NCBI GenBank assembly: GCA_963745835.1
Contig: CAVUZH010000008.1
Location: forward strand, 1-64,000
Origin: an uncultured delta proteobacterium
GTDB lineage: Bacteria; Desulfobacterota; Binatia; UBA9968
Direction: 5' to 3'
DNA: 64,000 nt
Each line of letters begins with the position of its first letter. The first letter of the stretch is position 1. Position numbers and translations under genes: made by a program. Below, piece after piece: positions 30,177-40,032 of this stretch. A model generated the notes under the pieces. That model was not told the origin of the DNA. It was given only the letters and a program-made list of their open reading frames with translations, and made no database searches.

Positions 30177-30896
30177 CTAATCGACTTTCACCTGAACGAT
30201 CATGCCGGGAATGGCAAAGCGCCGTTCAAGTCGGGATGCGAGAACTGCGAGGCCGAGGCACAGTACCAGATAAATGACTGTGCCCGCGGTGAGCGCTTCG
30301 AGAGCCTTGGCGGTGTAGGTTTCGATCTGCCGTGTCTGGAAAGTGAGTTCCGCAACACCGATGGTCAATGCCACCGATGAGTTTTTGAGCAGGTTCAACG
30401 ATTCATTGGTGGCGGGCGGAATAATCAATCGCAATGCGATGGGAATGATAATCAGGCGGTAGGTTTGCGGAATGGTCAGCCCGGTGGAAACGGCAGACTC
30501 GTACTGGCTTCGCGGGATTGATTGAATACCGGCCCGGATGACTTCGGAAAAACGCGCGCCGTGATAGACGCCGAGGGCGAACATGCCGGCCCAGAATTCC
30601 GCGCCATGGTCGAACAGCCAGTCTTGCACAGCTTGCGGCAATAGCGGTGGGACGCCGAAATACCAGAAGAACATCCAGACCAGCAACGGGACATTGCGAA
30701 AAAATTCAATGTAGGAAGAGGATAGCCAGCGCAGCGCCGCGAATGGTATGGTGCGAAACGCGCCGGCAACGATGCCGAGCACCACCGCAAGACACCATGC
30801 CAGCAGGGTTAGCTGAAGCGTAGTGATCACGCCCTGAAGCAGCCACGCGCCGGATTGACCGGTCCATAAGATGCTCCAGTTAAACTGGTAGTTCAT
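30177..30896 (-). CDS. polar amino-acid ABC permease (GltJ-like)
   Basis: FFRNVPLLV, EVIRAGIQSI, LLKNSSVA. Confidence 0.94.
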   Translation of the reverse strand: MNYQFNWSILWTGQSGAWLLQGVITTLQLTLLAWCLAVVLGIVAGAFRTIPFAALRWLSSSYIEFFRNVPLLVWMFFWYFGVPPLLPQAVQDWLFDHGAEFWAGMFALGVYHGARFSEVIRAGIQSIPRSQYESAVSTGLTIPQTYRLIIIPIALRLIIPPATNESLNLLKNSSVALTIGVAELTFQTRQIETYTAKALEALTAGTVIYLVLCLGLAVLASRLERRFAIPGMIVQVKVD

Positions 30897-30965
30897 GCGG
30901 GAGAAGCGGGGTAATGATGCGACTTAGGATTGTGTCCGGATCCCCTGCTAACCCAAACACCTCGA

Positions 30966-31832
30966 TCACTTGGGCACTACTTGCATCTGCAGGAAGCGTT
31001 TGGTTTCTGCGCTTAAGGGATAGGGGACTTCGCCTTTTTGCCCAAGCCACTTTTCATAGATCTCGAAATAGCGGCCCGACTCAATGGCATCCATCAATCC
31101 GACATTGACCGCATGACGAAAATCCGACTCGTTTTTTCTCATCGCCATTCCATACGGCTCATAAGAATAAAATTCGCCGACCACTAGCCATTCATCCGGT
31201 TTCGGCGCCTTGGCCTTCAGTCCGGCGAGTTGAATGCCATCATTGGTGTAGGCTTGCACCTGGCCTTGCGCCAGCGCTTGAAACGCCGCCGGCTGATCTG
31301 GAAACTCCACCAGCTTGGCTGTGGGAACGCGTTCCCGAATGATGCGCGCGTTGGTCGAGCCTTGCTGCGCAGCGATCCGTTTGCCAGCAGTGGCCTTCAA
31401 CCCGTTAATGGCATTTCCTTTTTTGACCAAAAACTGCGCGCCGGTCACAAAATACGTGATGCTAAAGTCGACGCTCTCCCGGCGTGATTGGGTATCGGTC
31501 ATTGTCTCGGCGATCAAATCGACGGCGTTGGAGGTGAGCAATGGAATGCGCGTTTGCGGTGTCGATTCTTTCTTGTCGACTTTGATTTGCTTGCCGATTT
31601 TTTTAGACAACACCGGCGCAATCGCGCTTTCGACGAGCTCGATGGAAAAGCCGACCCAATCATTGTTCTTATTGACATAGCCGAATGGCGGCGATCCGGT
31701 GCGTGTACCAATCGTGACGGTACCTGTACGGGCAATTTTTTCTAAGGTCGTTTCCGCTTTAACCGACCCGCTAAGACCGATCAGGACAATCAGCAGAATG
31801 ACTAGTAGTGTGCCTCGGGAATCGCTTTTCAT
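30966..31832 (-). CDS. polar amino-acid ABC SBP (GltI-like)
   Basis: TLEKIARTG, SPPFGY, TRIPLL, EPYGMAMRK. Confidence 0.93.
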   Translation of the reverse strand: MKSDSRGTLLVILLIVLIGLSGSVKAETTLEKIARTGTVTIGTRTGSPPFGYVNKNNDWVGFSIELVESAIAPVLSKKIGKQIKVDKKESTPQTRIPLLTSNAVDLIAETMTDTQSRRESVDFSITYFVTGAQFLVKKGNAINGLKATAGKRIAAQQGSTNARIIRERVPTAKLVEFPDQPAAFQALAQGQVQAYTNDGIQLAGLKAKAPKPDEWLVVGEFYSYEPYGMAMRKNESDFRHAVNVGLMDAIESGRYFEIYEKWLGQKGEVPYPLSAETKRFLQMQVVPK

Positions 31833-31841
31833 GTCTACTCC

Positions 31842-32570
31842 TTAATGCGAGAGGATTTTACTCAAGAATTGTTGAGCGCGGGCCGATTGCGGCGCCGTAT
31901 AGAACTTCTCCGGTTCGCCGACCTCGACAATGTTTCCCCCATCCATAAATACGATGCGATTAGCGACCCGACGCGCGAAACCCATTTCATGTGTCACGAC
32001 CACCATCGTCATGCCCTCGCGCGCCAGAGCGCTGATCACGTCCAACACTTCTTTGATCATTTCCGGGTCCAAGGCAGAGGTAGGCTCATCGAAGAGCATA
32101 ATTTTGGGACGCATGGCAAGCGCGCGAGCAATGGCAACCCGCTGTTGTTGACCGCCGGAAAGATTCGCAGGATAGGCGCCTGCTTTCTCGGGAATGCCGA
32201 CCCGCTCGAGCAGATCTCTAGCCTGCTTTTCGGCATCCGAGCGGCTCACGCCTTTGACTTTGGCCGGCGCCAGAATGATGTTCTGCAGCGCGGTCATGTG
32301 CGGATAGAGATTGAAAGATTGAAAAACCATGCCGACGTTGGCGCGGAGCTTTGCGGTATCGAGATTGGGATCGGCCAAAGAAAGTCCATCAACCGTCAGT
32401 TCCCCCGACTGGATCGCTTCCAGCCGGTTGATGCACCGTATCAGAGTGCTCTTGCCACTGCCGCTCGGCCCGCAAACGACGACGACTTCTCCCGCTTCGA
32501 TTTCTAGATCAATGTCCCTCAGTACGTGCAGCGATCCGAACCATTTGTTGACTTGATGAAATTCGATCAC
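31842..32570 (-). CDS. polar amino-acid ABC ATPase (GltL/GlnQ-like)
   Basis: GPSGSGKST, LSGGQQQR, FDEPTSALDPE. Confidence 0.96.
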   Translation of the reverse strand: MIEFHQVNKWFGSLHVLRDIDLEIEAGEVVVVCGPSGSGKSTLIRCINRLEAIQSGELTVDGLSLADPNLDTAKLRANVGMVFQSFNLYPHMTALQNIILAPAKVKGVSRSDAEKQARDLLERVGIPEKAGAYPANLSGGQQQRVAIARALAMRPKIMLFDEPTSALDPEMIKEVLDVISALAREGMTMVVVTHEMGFARRVANRIVFMDGGNIVEVGEPEKFYTAPQSARAQQFLSKILSH

Positions 32571-32759
32571 AGTTTTTGGAGCAAAATGATAAGCGAGATA
32601 GAATCGTTGAACGTCGGCATACTATATTAACATGTGCTTTTTGCAACCGGATCTCATTCGGATCAAATCCCCAGTGACTGGCATAATCTTCAAGCGCGCG
32701 CAAGGCTTTTCCCGCCGACATATTGCTGTGGCCGGCAGCGGTGTTAAGTTAGATCGGCG

Positions 32760-33218
32760 ATGGAATTCTATTTAGTCCGCCATGGCGAAGCCGTTTCACA
32801 AACGATCAACGGCGAGCGTCCGCTGACCCCGGGCGGCCGGCGCGATGTGGAACGTCTGGGCCAGGCGGCAGCGAAACGCGGTATTCAACCGGGCCAAATT
32901 TTTCATTCAGGGCTTCTGAGGGCTCAGCAAACCGCGGAGATCCTGGGTGAAAGTCTCGGTCCCGTCGAAGGAGTACGCGAGTCATTCGGATTGCGGCCAG
33001 ATGACGATCCAGTGATCGCCAAGGCAGAACTCGAGTCATCAATAGTTTCGCTGATGCTAGTTGGCCACTTGCCACACATCAGTCGCCTGGCCTCTTTTCT
33101 CGTCGCTGGCAACGCCGATCAGGAGTTGGTGCAGTTCGCTCCCGCGACGGTGCTCGGTTTGTCCTACGAGAATTATCGCTGGAAAATCCTTTGGAAACTC
33201 ACGCCTACAACCGCGTAG
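32760..33218 (+). CDS. sixA: phosphohistidine phosphatase SixA
   Basis: YLVRHGEA, RAQQTAE, LVGHLP. Confidence 0.9.
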   Translation: MEFYLVRHGEAVSQTINGERPLTPGGRRDVERLGQAAAKRGIQPGQIFHSGLLRAQQTAEILGESLGPVEGVRESFGLRPDDDPVIAKAELESSIVSLMLVGHLPHISRLASFLVAGNADQELVQFAPATVLGLSYENYRWKILWKLTPTTA

Positions 33219-33295
33219 AGCAAGTTGACCGGCGTCAGAGGATAGTCTAAAAGGAATCGATAACAAGAACCTGGATGAACTCGAAAGGTAGCGCA

Positions 33296-34582
33296 ATGGC
33301 TTCAGACACTCTGACGATCATCGATAATCGAACCGGGAAAAAATATGATATTCCGGTTCAAAATGGCGCGATCAAGGCCACCGATCTGTTTCAGATTAAA
33401 GTTTCCGAAGATGATGGACTGGTCAGCTATGATCCGGGTTTTATGAACACCGCGTCTTGTTACAGCAAGATCACCTACATCGATGGTGACAAGGGTATTT
33501 TGCGTTATCGGGGCTATCCGATCGAACAGCTGGCGGAGCAGAGCACTTATCTGGAAACTGCTTACTTGATTCTCTACGGCGAATTGCCGGGCAAATCCGA
33601 GCTCGCCGATTGGGTTGGAAACATTACCATTCATTCGATCATTCACGAAAATATAAAGAAACATATAGACGGCTTTCATCACGATGCCCATCCGATGGGA
33701 ATCTTAGTCAGCACGGTTGCAGCGTTGTCGACTTTTTATCCCGACGCCAAGAAAATTTTCGATGCTAAATCACGTCGGGAGCAAACTTACCGATTGATCA
33801 GCAAGATGCCGACTCTGGCGGCGTTCGCCTACCGCCATAGCCTGGGCTTGCCTTACTCGTATCCCGACAACGATCTGAGTTACACCGGTAATTTCCTCAA
33901 TATGCTTTTGAAGATGACCGAGCTCAAATACAAGCCGCACCCGGTGTTGGAGAAAGCGCTGGATGTTCTGTTTATTCTGCACGCCGATCACGAGCAGAAT
34001 TGCAGCACAAATGCCATGCGCGGCGTGTCGAGCTCGCAAGTCGACCCATATTCTTCGGTAGCGGCTGCCGCCGCCGCATTATATGGACCGCTGCATGGCG
34101 GCGCCAATGAGGCAGTGTTACGCATGCTGATGGGAATCGGCTCGAAGGAAAAGGTCCCGGAGTTCATAAAAAAGGTTAAAGGCGGCGAAGGCCGGCTGAT
34201 GGGATTTGGTCACCGGGTATATAAAAATTACGATCCCCGCGCGAAAATCATCAAGAACATTGCCGATCAAGTCTTCGAAGTTAGAGGACGTAATCCTCTT
34301 TTGGATATTGCCCTTGAACTCGAACGCATCGCGCTCGAAGACGACTATTTTATAAAACGAAAACTCTACCCCAACGTCGATTTTTATTCCGGCCTCATTT
34401 ACCAGTCTATGGGTCTGCCTATGGACATGTTTCCCGTGCTATTCGCGATTCCACGCACTTCAGGCTGGATCGCGCAGTGGGAAGAAATGTTGACCGATCC
34501 CGATCAGAAGCTGGCCCGTCCAAAGCAGGTTTATCTAGGCGCGGATAAGCGCGACTATCTGGCGATGGATCGACGAAGTTAA
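33296..34582 (+). CDS. gltA: citrate synthase (type II)
   Basis: YDPGFMNTAS, HADHEQNCST, GPLHGGANE, MGFGHRVYK, YPNVDFYSG. Confidence 0.97.
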   Translation: MASDTLTIIDNRTGKKYDIPVQNGAIKATDLFQIKVSEDDGLVSYDPGFMNTASCYSKITYIDGDKGILRYRGYPIEQLAEQSTYLETAYLILYGELPGKSELADWVGNITIHSIIHENIKKHIDGFHHDAHPMGILVSTVAALSTFYPDAKKIFDAKSRREQTYRLISKMPTLAAFAYRHSLGLPYSYPDNDLSYTGNFLNMLLKMTELKYKPHPVLEKALDVLFILHADHEQNCSTNAMRGVSSSQVDPYSSVAAAAAALYGPLHGGANEAVLRMLMGIGSKEKVPEFIKKVKGGEGRLMGFGHRVYKNYDPRAKIIKNIADQVFEVRGRNPLLDIALELERIALEDDYFIKRKLYPNVDFYSGLIYQSMGLPMDMFPVLFAIPRTSGWIAQWEEMLTDPDQKLARPKQVYLGADKRDYLAMDRRS

Positions 34583-34672
34583 TTCGACAGCGTGCAGCTC
34601 TGACGCCGTTGGACATTGCCCAGGCCACGGGACAGGTCCGCTACGATCATCAAAGTTGTGTCAGATTTCGCG

Positions 34673-35554
34673 CTAGCGCAGCGTGCCGCGCAAACTCTGC
34701 AGCAGCACGTTTAGTTTCTGACCGACTCGCAAAGTGGAGCTTTGCAGGCTGTTGCGTTCCATCAACATTCTAACCTCTTGGCCGTAGCGGCGCGCAATCG
34801 AGAGAAGAGTCTCGCCGCGCCGAACCTCGTGAACCACTAATTCGGCTCTCGGCGTCTGCCGTTCAGGTGCCTCTCCTCGGGTCGCAGCAGCTCCGCAATC
34901 GGGCCGTTACCGATTGGCAATTTCACACGAAGACGATTTTCTCCGGGGAGTGTAGCCTTGTAGCAACTCGGGATTCAACTCTCTGATCGTTTGCGCTTCG
35001 ATGCCGGCGATCCCCGCTAAAGAAGCCACTGTCGATTGCCGCCCCACCTCGATCTCTTCATACTCCAGTGGCGGATCGTAATCGATCGAGTTCAATCCAT
35101 ACTGTTGCGGGCCGGTTGTGATCAGCGCCGCTGCCACAAACTTTGGAACGAAGTCGCGCGTCTCGTCCCTGAGGATGGATTTGTCACTCAAGTTCCAAAA
35201 ATGCTTCGCGCCGGAGTTCCTCATTGCCTTCTTGATAGTGCCTTGTCCTGCGTTATAGGCGGCTGTCGCTAGATACCATTTGCCGAAATGTTCGTGCAAT
35301 TCTTTCAGGTAAGCCGCGCGCCGCTCGAGTGTACTTTTCCGGATCCCGGCGTTCATCGACTCAGAGTTAATTCGCAAGCCGTAGTTCAGCGCCGTCTCGG
35401 GCACAAACTGCCATAAGCCCGCGGCCCCGGAAGGTGAAACGGCACGCGGCAGAAAACTACTTTCGATGAGTACCAAATCACCGAGTTCTTCCGGCAGCGC
35501 TGCTTCTTGCAGCAATCTCGCGATCATCGGGAAGTATCGGCCCGCCAAAAACAA
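34673..35554 (-). pseudogene. MltD-like lytic transglycosylase + LysM, N-terminally truncated and frameshifted
   Basis: LIESSF, AAGLWQF, AAYNAG; VDERRDPEK lies in another frame; LysM HEVRRGETLLSIARRYG...LRVGQKL in a further frame ending at TAG 34673. Confidence 0.8.
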
Positions 35555-35904
35555 AAACGCTCGCTAGCGGTAGTCTTCGGGCGCACATTACGTTGCAAAC
35601 CTGTGGACGGTACTCGATGGACCTGATGGCTACAACCGCAGACGAATAGTTTTTTTGACTGGCAGTTTAAGCGGGAAATCGATAGACGAGCGTTGTCAAA
35701 GTAGAGAACGGTCGCCTGCTGAGGACAAATATGCTTATGTGTCAATATCGGTCCCGCTCCTCGTCAGCCGGTTATGGCATGTACATAGGCGGGACTTACG
35801 TCATCGATTGTGTTTGCGTGTTATAAGTTCCGCGTGTGGTGAGATACAACTCGCGGACACTGGCGAATCGAATGCTACCTTTGTCAAGACGAGACGCGAG
35901 GTAA

Positions 35905-36549
35905 ATGCCCGTGGCAAAAGCAAAGCCATCGAAACGACCAATCCATTTCTCGATGCTGCGCAGCTATCAACCCGCGGACCTGATTACACTGGCCAACGGC
36001 GCGGCGGGGATGGCGGCAATTCTCTCGATGATGAGCTATCTTCAGTCACCCGAGAACTGGCGCGTGTACCTGGCCCTGTCGCTTATTCCCATCGCTTTTA
36101 TCTTCGACATTTTAGACGGCAAGTTAGCGCGCCGGCAGCACAAGAATTCCGTATTCGGTCAGGAACTCGACTCCTTGGCGGACATTGTCAGCTTCGGTGT
36201 TGCGCCGGCGGCACTGGCTTACGGTTTGGGAATGCACGGGGCTTTCGATGTCGTGATACTTATATTCTTTGTCAGCTGCGGAATTAGCCGTCTCGCCCGC
36301 TACAACGTTACCGCGGCACAACTTGCCGATGCTGGCGGCAAGGTGCGCTATTTCGAAGGAACGCCGATCCCGTCGAGCTTGATCCTGGTTGTCTTGCTTG
36401 CCCTATGCTTCTATCTGGGTCGTGTCGGCAACGACTTACCGCTGGGGGTTGTCGAGCTTGCCTCGCTCCAATGGCATCCGTCATCGCTGATGTTCTTCGT
36501 CAACGGCAGCGCCATGATCAGCAAGACGCTCAGAATTCCGAAACTTTAA
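35905..36549 (+). CDS. pssA: CDP-alcohol phosphatidyltransferase (phosphatidylserine synthase-like)
   Basis: DILDGKLAR...GQELDSLADIVSFGVAPA, RLARYN, FEGTPIP. Confidence 0.88.
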   Translation: MPVAKAKPSKRPIHFSMLRSYQPADLITLANGAAGMAAILSMMSYLQSPENWRVYLALSLIPIAFIFDILDGKLARRQHKNSVFGQELDSLADIVSFGVAPAALAYGLGMHGAFDVVILIFFVSCGISRLARYNVTAAQLADAGGKVRYFEGTPIPSSLILVVLLALCFYLGRVGNDLPLGVVELASLQWHPSSLMFFVNGSAMISKTLRIPKL

Positions 36550-36591
36550 AACCAGTGGGCGCTCGATTCGTTCTCTGTTAAACTGACCACG

Positions 36592-37647
36592 ATGGACGAT
36601 GCGGCTAAACACAAGAGAACAGCGCCCGACCCCGCTCCGTCCGCCACGCCGGACCTCTCCGGAAAGTCTGATGACGAACTGTTGCGGATGCGCATCTGCG
36701 ACTTGAGGGTGAAAATCCCAGGCACTGAACTGGAACCGCGGATTCAGAAGTTTTGCGACGAGTTGGCTGCCAAAGGGATTTCATTCATGCCGCTTTGCTA
36801 CCTGGGGGATGAGTGGTTTTGTCCCGAGGGATCCGCCGCAATCGCGATCCCCTTTTATCTGGCTCATCCGCGCCTGAAGAAGCTTGAAGAGCGCATGATG
36901 ATGGAAGTTGAAGGCGGTACCGAAGCCTGGTGCATGAGCCTTCTGCGCCACGAAATGGGCCATGTGCTGAATCACGCATATCTGGTCGACAAAGATCGCG
37001 CCTGGCAGAAGCTCTTCGGTCCGCCGTCATTGGAATATTCCGAAAGCTTTCGCGCCCGTCCTTACAGCAAACGATTTGTCCGCCATCTCGCCGGCTGGTA
37101 CGCGCAGAGCCATCCCGAAGAAGACTTCGCCGAAACCGTGGCTATCTGGCTTACACCGGGCGTAGATTGGCGGCAGCAGTATCGCGACTGGACCGCGCTG
37201 GCAAAGTTGGAGTACGTGGACGCTCTGATGAGCAAACTCGCCGGAGAACCGCCTAAGGTCCTTTCGAAATTAAAGATGAGTGAAGCGTCCCGGTTGCGCT
37301 CGCGCCTAGAAGCCTACTACAAGCGCCGCCGTCGCCTGTACGCGCAAGATTTTCCTGATTTCTTTGACGCCGATCTAAAGAAACTTTTTATCGATGGAAC
37401 CTCGGCGCCGACTCACGAACGCGCCGCAGTATTCCTGCGACGCTCAAGCAACATGCTCCTGAACGCCGTGTCGGCTTGGACCGGAGAACCGAAATTTACC
37501 CTCAATCGCGTGCTGCGCGCGCTCACCCAACGTTGCGCGGAACTTGATCTTCGACTGCGCAGCGAATCCGCCGGCGTCGAGGTCAGCGCGTATTTGGCAA
37601 CATTGGCATCACATTATCGTTTGACCGGTAAATTCAAAGATGCGTGA
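36592..37647 (+). CDS. putative zinc-binding metallopeptidase (zincin)
   Basis: LRHEMGHV (HExxH), YAQSHPEEDFAET. Confidence 0.85.
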   Translation: MDDAAKHKRTAPDPAPSATPDLSGKSDDELLRMRICDLRVKIPGTELEPRIQKFCDELAAKGISFMPLCYLGDEWFCPEGSAAIAIPFYLAHPRLKKLEERMMMEVEGGTEAWCMSLLRHEMGHVLNHAYLVDKDRAWQKLFGPPSLEYSESFRARPYSKRFVRHLAGWYAQSHPEEDFAETVAIWLTPGVDWRQQYRDWTALAKLEYVDALMSKLAGEPPKVLSKLKMSEASRLRSRLEAYYKRRRRLYAQDFPDFFDADLKKLFIDGTSAPTHERAAVFLRRSSNMLLNAVSAWTGEPKFTLNRVLRALTQRCAELDLRLRSESAGVEVSAYLATLASHYRLTGKFKDA

Positions 37648-37650
37648 GGA

Positions 37651-38679
37651 GTGATGGCGGCGACCAAGCGTAAATGCAAAGTCTTAGTGCTGTTCGACAC
37701 TGCCGGAACACCGCCATCCAAGCAGGACTTCACCGAGGAGATGAAGACGGATGACTGGGCCGCGGAGGCGCATATCATCGCCGCGCTGACCCAACTTGGT
37801 CACGAAGTGCGCACCATCGGTGTCTACGATGAGCCTGGAATGATTATCGACGAAATAAAAACTCATCCGCCCGACGTGGTCTTCAATCTAACGGAACATT
37901 TCAACGCGGTCTCGGAACATGATCGCAATGTCGCCGGTCTGTTGGAGATGTTGGATGTTCCCTACACCGGCTCAAGCCCAACCGGACTGACCCTGTGCAA
38001 GAACAAGGGCATGTCAAAGGAAATTCTCTCGTATCACAATATTCGCGTGCCGAATTTTGCGATCTTCACACCCGGAACGACGTTGCGCAGGCCCAAAAAG
38101 CTCAACTTCCCGCTTTTCATCAAACCGTTGAAAGAGGAGGCTTCTTACGGCATTTCGCAGGATTCGTTCGTCGAGGACGATAATGCTTTTGAAGAACGGA
38201 TCCGCTTCATCCACGAACGCATGAATCAGGAAGCGTTGGCTGAAGAATACATCGAGGGCCGGGAACTTTATGCAAGTATTCTCGGCAACGATCGTTTACA
38301 AACCTTTCCCTTGCGTGAAGTGGTTTTTTCGGCCGTCCCCGACGGCCAGCCGCGCTTCTCAACGTTCAAAGCAAAGTGGGACAAAGCCTATCGCAAGCGC
38401 TGGGGCATCAAAAACATTTTTGCCCAACCCTTGCCGGAAGGAATCGAGCAACGTATCGCCCGCATCTCCAAAGCGGTGTATCGCGCGCTGCGCATTCGCG
38501 GCTATGGCCGCATCGATCTGCGTCTGACACCGGACAATGAAGTGGTGGTTCTGGAAGCGAACCCTAACCCAAATCTCGACCGCGACGACGAGTTTGCCCA
38601 GTCGGCGATGAAGGCTGGACTGAGTTACAAAAGACTCACCCAGCGCATTTTGAATCTCGCCCTTCAAGCCGCTCAGTAA
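37651..38679 (+). CDS. D-Ala-D-Ala-ligase-like ATP-grasp enzyme (non-canonical)
   Basis: VFNLTE, PYTGS, FIKP, EEYIEGRE, GRIDLR, LEANPNP; lacks the Ddl GGxSxEH motif. Confidence 0.88.
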   Translation: MMAATKRKCKVLVLFDTAGTPPSKQDFTEEMKTDDWAAEAHIIAALTQLGHEVRTIGVYDEPGMIIDEIKTHPPDVVFNLTEHFNAVSEHDRNVAGLLEMLDVPYTGSSPTGLTLCKNKGMSKEILSYHNIRVPNFAIFTPGTTLRRPKKLNFPLFIKPLKEEASYGISQDSFVEDDNAFEERIRFIHERMNQEALAEEYIEGRELYASILGNDRLQTFPLREVVFSAVPDGQPRFSTFKAKWDKAYRKRWGIKNIFAQPLPEGIEQRIARISKAVYRALRIRGYGRIDLRLTPDNEVVVLEANPNPNLDRDDEFAQSAMKAGLSYKRLTQRILNLALQAAQ

Positions 38680-38694
38680 CTCGCGCGTAGTAGG

Positions 38695-39948
38695 GTGTCG
38701 ATGAATTCCATCGCCTGTATCCTCAGCCTCACTTGCGCCATTCTTTTAAACGATCTGACGATTCCCGCTCCCATCTTGGCGGTAGATTCGATGCCCCGCG
38801 TTTTCATCATCGATGCTGTGGCCCTGAGAAGCGTAAAGCTACGGACGCAGCAAAACAGCGGGAGTCTCAAACCCGCGCTGGCAAAGCTTACGAGGGAGGC
38901 CGATCGCGCTCTCATCAGCGCTCCGCTTTCGGTCATGCACAAAGAATTCGCGCCGCCGAGCGGCGATCGACACGATTACATGAGTCTTGCACCGTACTGG
39001 TGGCCTAACCCGACTACCCACAACGGCCTTCCATACGTCCGCCGTGACGGAGAAATCAATCCGGAGCGTAACCGCATTACCGATCGGCAAAATCTAGAGA
39101 ACACGGTGAGTTTGGTAAAAACACTGGCGCTTGCCTACTATTTCACGGCAAACGAGGACTACGCCAAACAAGCCACGACCATGCTCCACGTTTGGTTTTT
39201 GGATCCGCCGACGAGAATGAATCCGCATTTGAAGTATGCACAGGACATCCCGGGGCGTAATGCCGGACGCGCTGCGGGTATTATCGAAAGCCACAACTTC
39301 CCAGATCTCATCGACGCCGTCGGTCTGTTAGCTGGATCGGCAACCTGGACCCAGGCACATCAGCGGCAATTACAATCGTGGTTTACTGCATTTCTAACCT
39401 GGTTATTGGAGAGCCCCGAAGGTCGCGCTGAAGCGCAGGCGGAAAACAACCACGGCACATGGTATGACGTTCAAATTGCGTCATTCGGCCTTTTCACGGA
39501 CAAGAGAGATTTCGCTCACCGGGTGGTCAGTGATGTTCGGCGCAAGCGAATCGCCAGGCAAATCGAGCCCAATGGCGGACAGCCGCTCGAACTGGCGCGC
39601 GCTGACTCTTGGTCTTATTCGCTGTTTAACCTCGAGGCACTATTCGACGCGGCCGCGCTGGGCGACCATTTAGCGATGGATCTATGGAACTTCGAGACTG
39701 CGGATAAACGGAGTATCCGCAAAGCACTGGCTTGGTTGATTCCGTTTGCCACCGGTGAAAAGCGCTGGCCGTTACGCCAGCAATCTCGCTGGCAGCCCGA
39801 GCGCCTTGCGCCGTTTCTTCAACGCGCGGCGCTGCGCTATCGGGAGCCCAGCTATGTAACTGCGCTCGGCAAGCTAGCGGCGCCATCTATCGATAGTCGC
39901 GAGCGCCTGTTATATCCAATGGATGAAGTGAGTTCCTATGCAAAGTAG
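38695..39948 (+). CDS. alginate lyase family (PL5-like) exported protein
   Basis: HDYMSLAPYWWPNP, RDGEINP, NNHGTWYDVQ. Confidence 0.88.
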   Translation: MSMNSIACILSLTCAILLNDLTIPAPILAVDSMPRVFIIDAVALRSVKLRTQQNSGSLKPALAKLTREADRALISAPLSVMHKEFAPPSGDRHDYMSLAPYWWPNPTTHNGLPYVRRDGEINPERNRITDRQNLENTVSLVKTLALAYYFTANEDYAKQATTMLHVWFLDPPTRMNPHLKYAQDIPGRNAGRAAGIIESHNFPDLIDAVGLLAGSATWTQAHQRQLQSWFTAFLTWLLESPEGRAEAQAENNHGTWYDVQIASFGLFTDKRDFAHRVVSDVRRKRIARQIEPNGGQPLELARADSWSYSLFNLEALFDAAALGDHLAMDLWNFETADKRSIRKALAWLIPFATGEKRWPLRQQSRWQPERLAPFLQRAALRYREPSYVTALGKLAAPSIDSRERLLYPMDEVSSYAK

Positions 39949-40032
39949 AGTCGAGGGAGTTGATATTATCAACAAAGAAATCGCAGTGACGGTTACGGCG
40001 ATGGGCTGCATCGGAATCGCCGAATCAGCGCG

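Noticed and set aside
35655-36287. 210-aa + ORF
   Set aside because: Out-of-frame overlap with the pssA-like gene
37651-38679. Calling this ddl
   Set aside because: Lacks Ddl N-terminal and NTxPG motifs and dcw context
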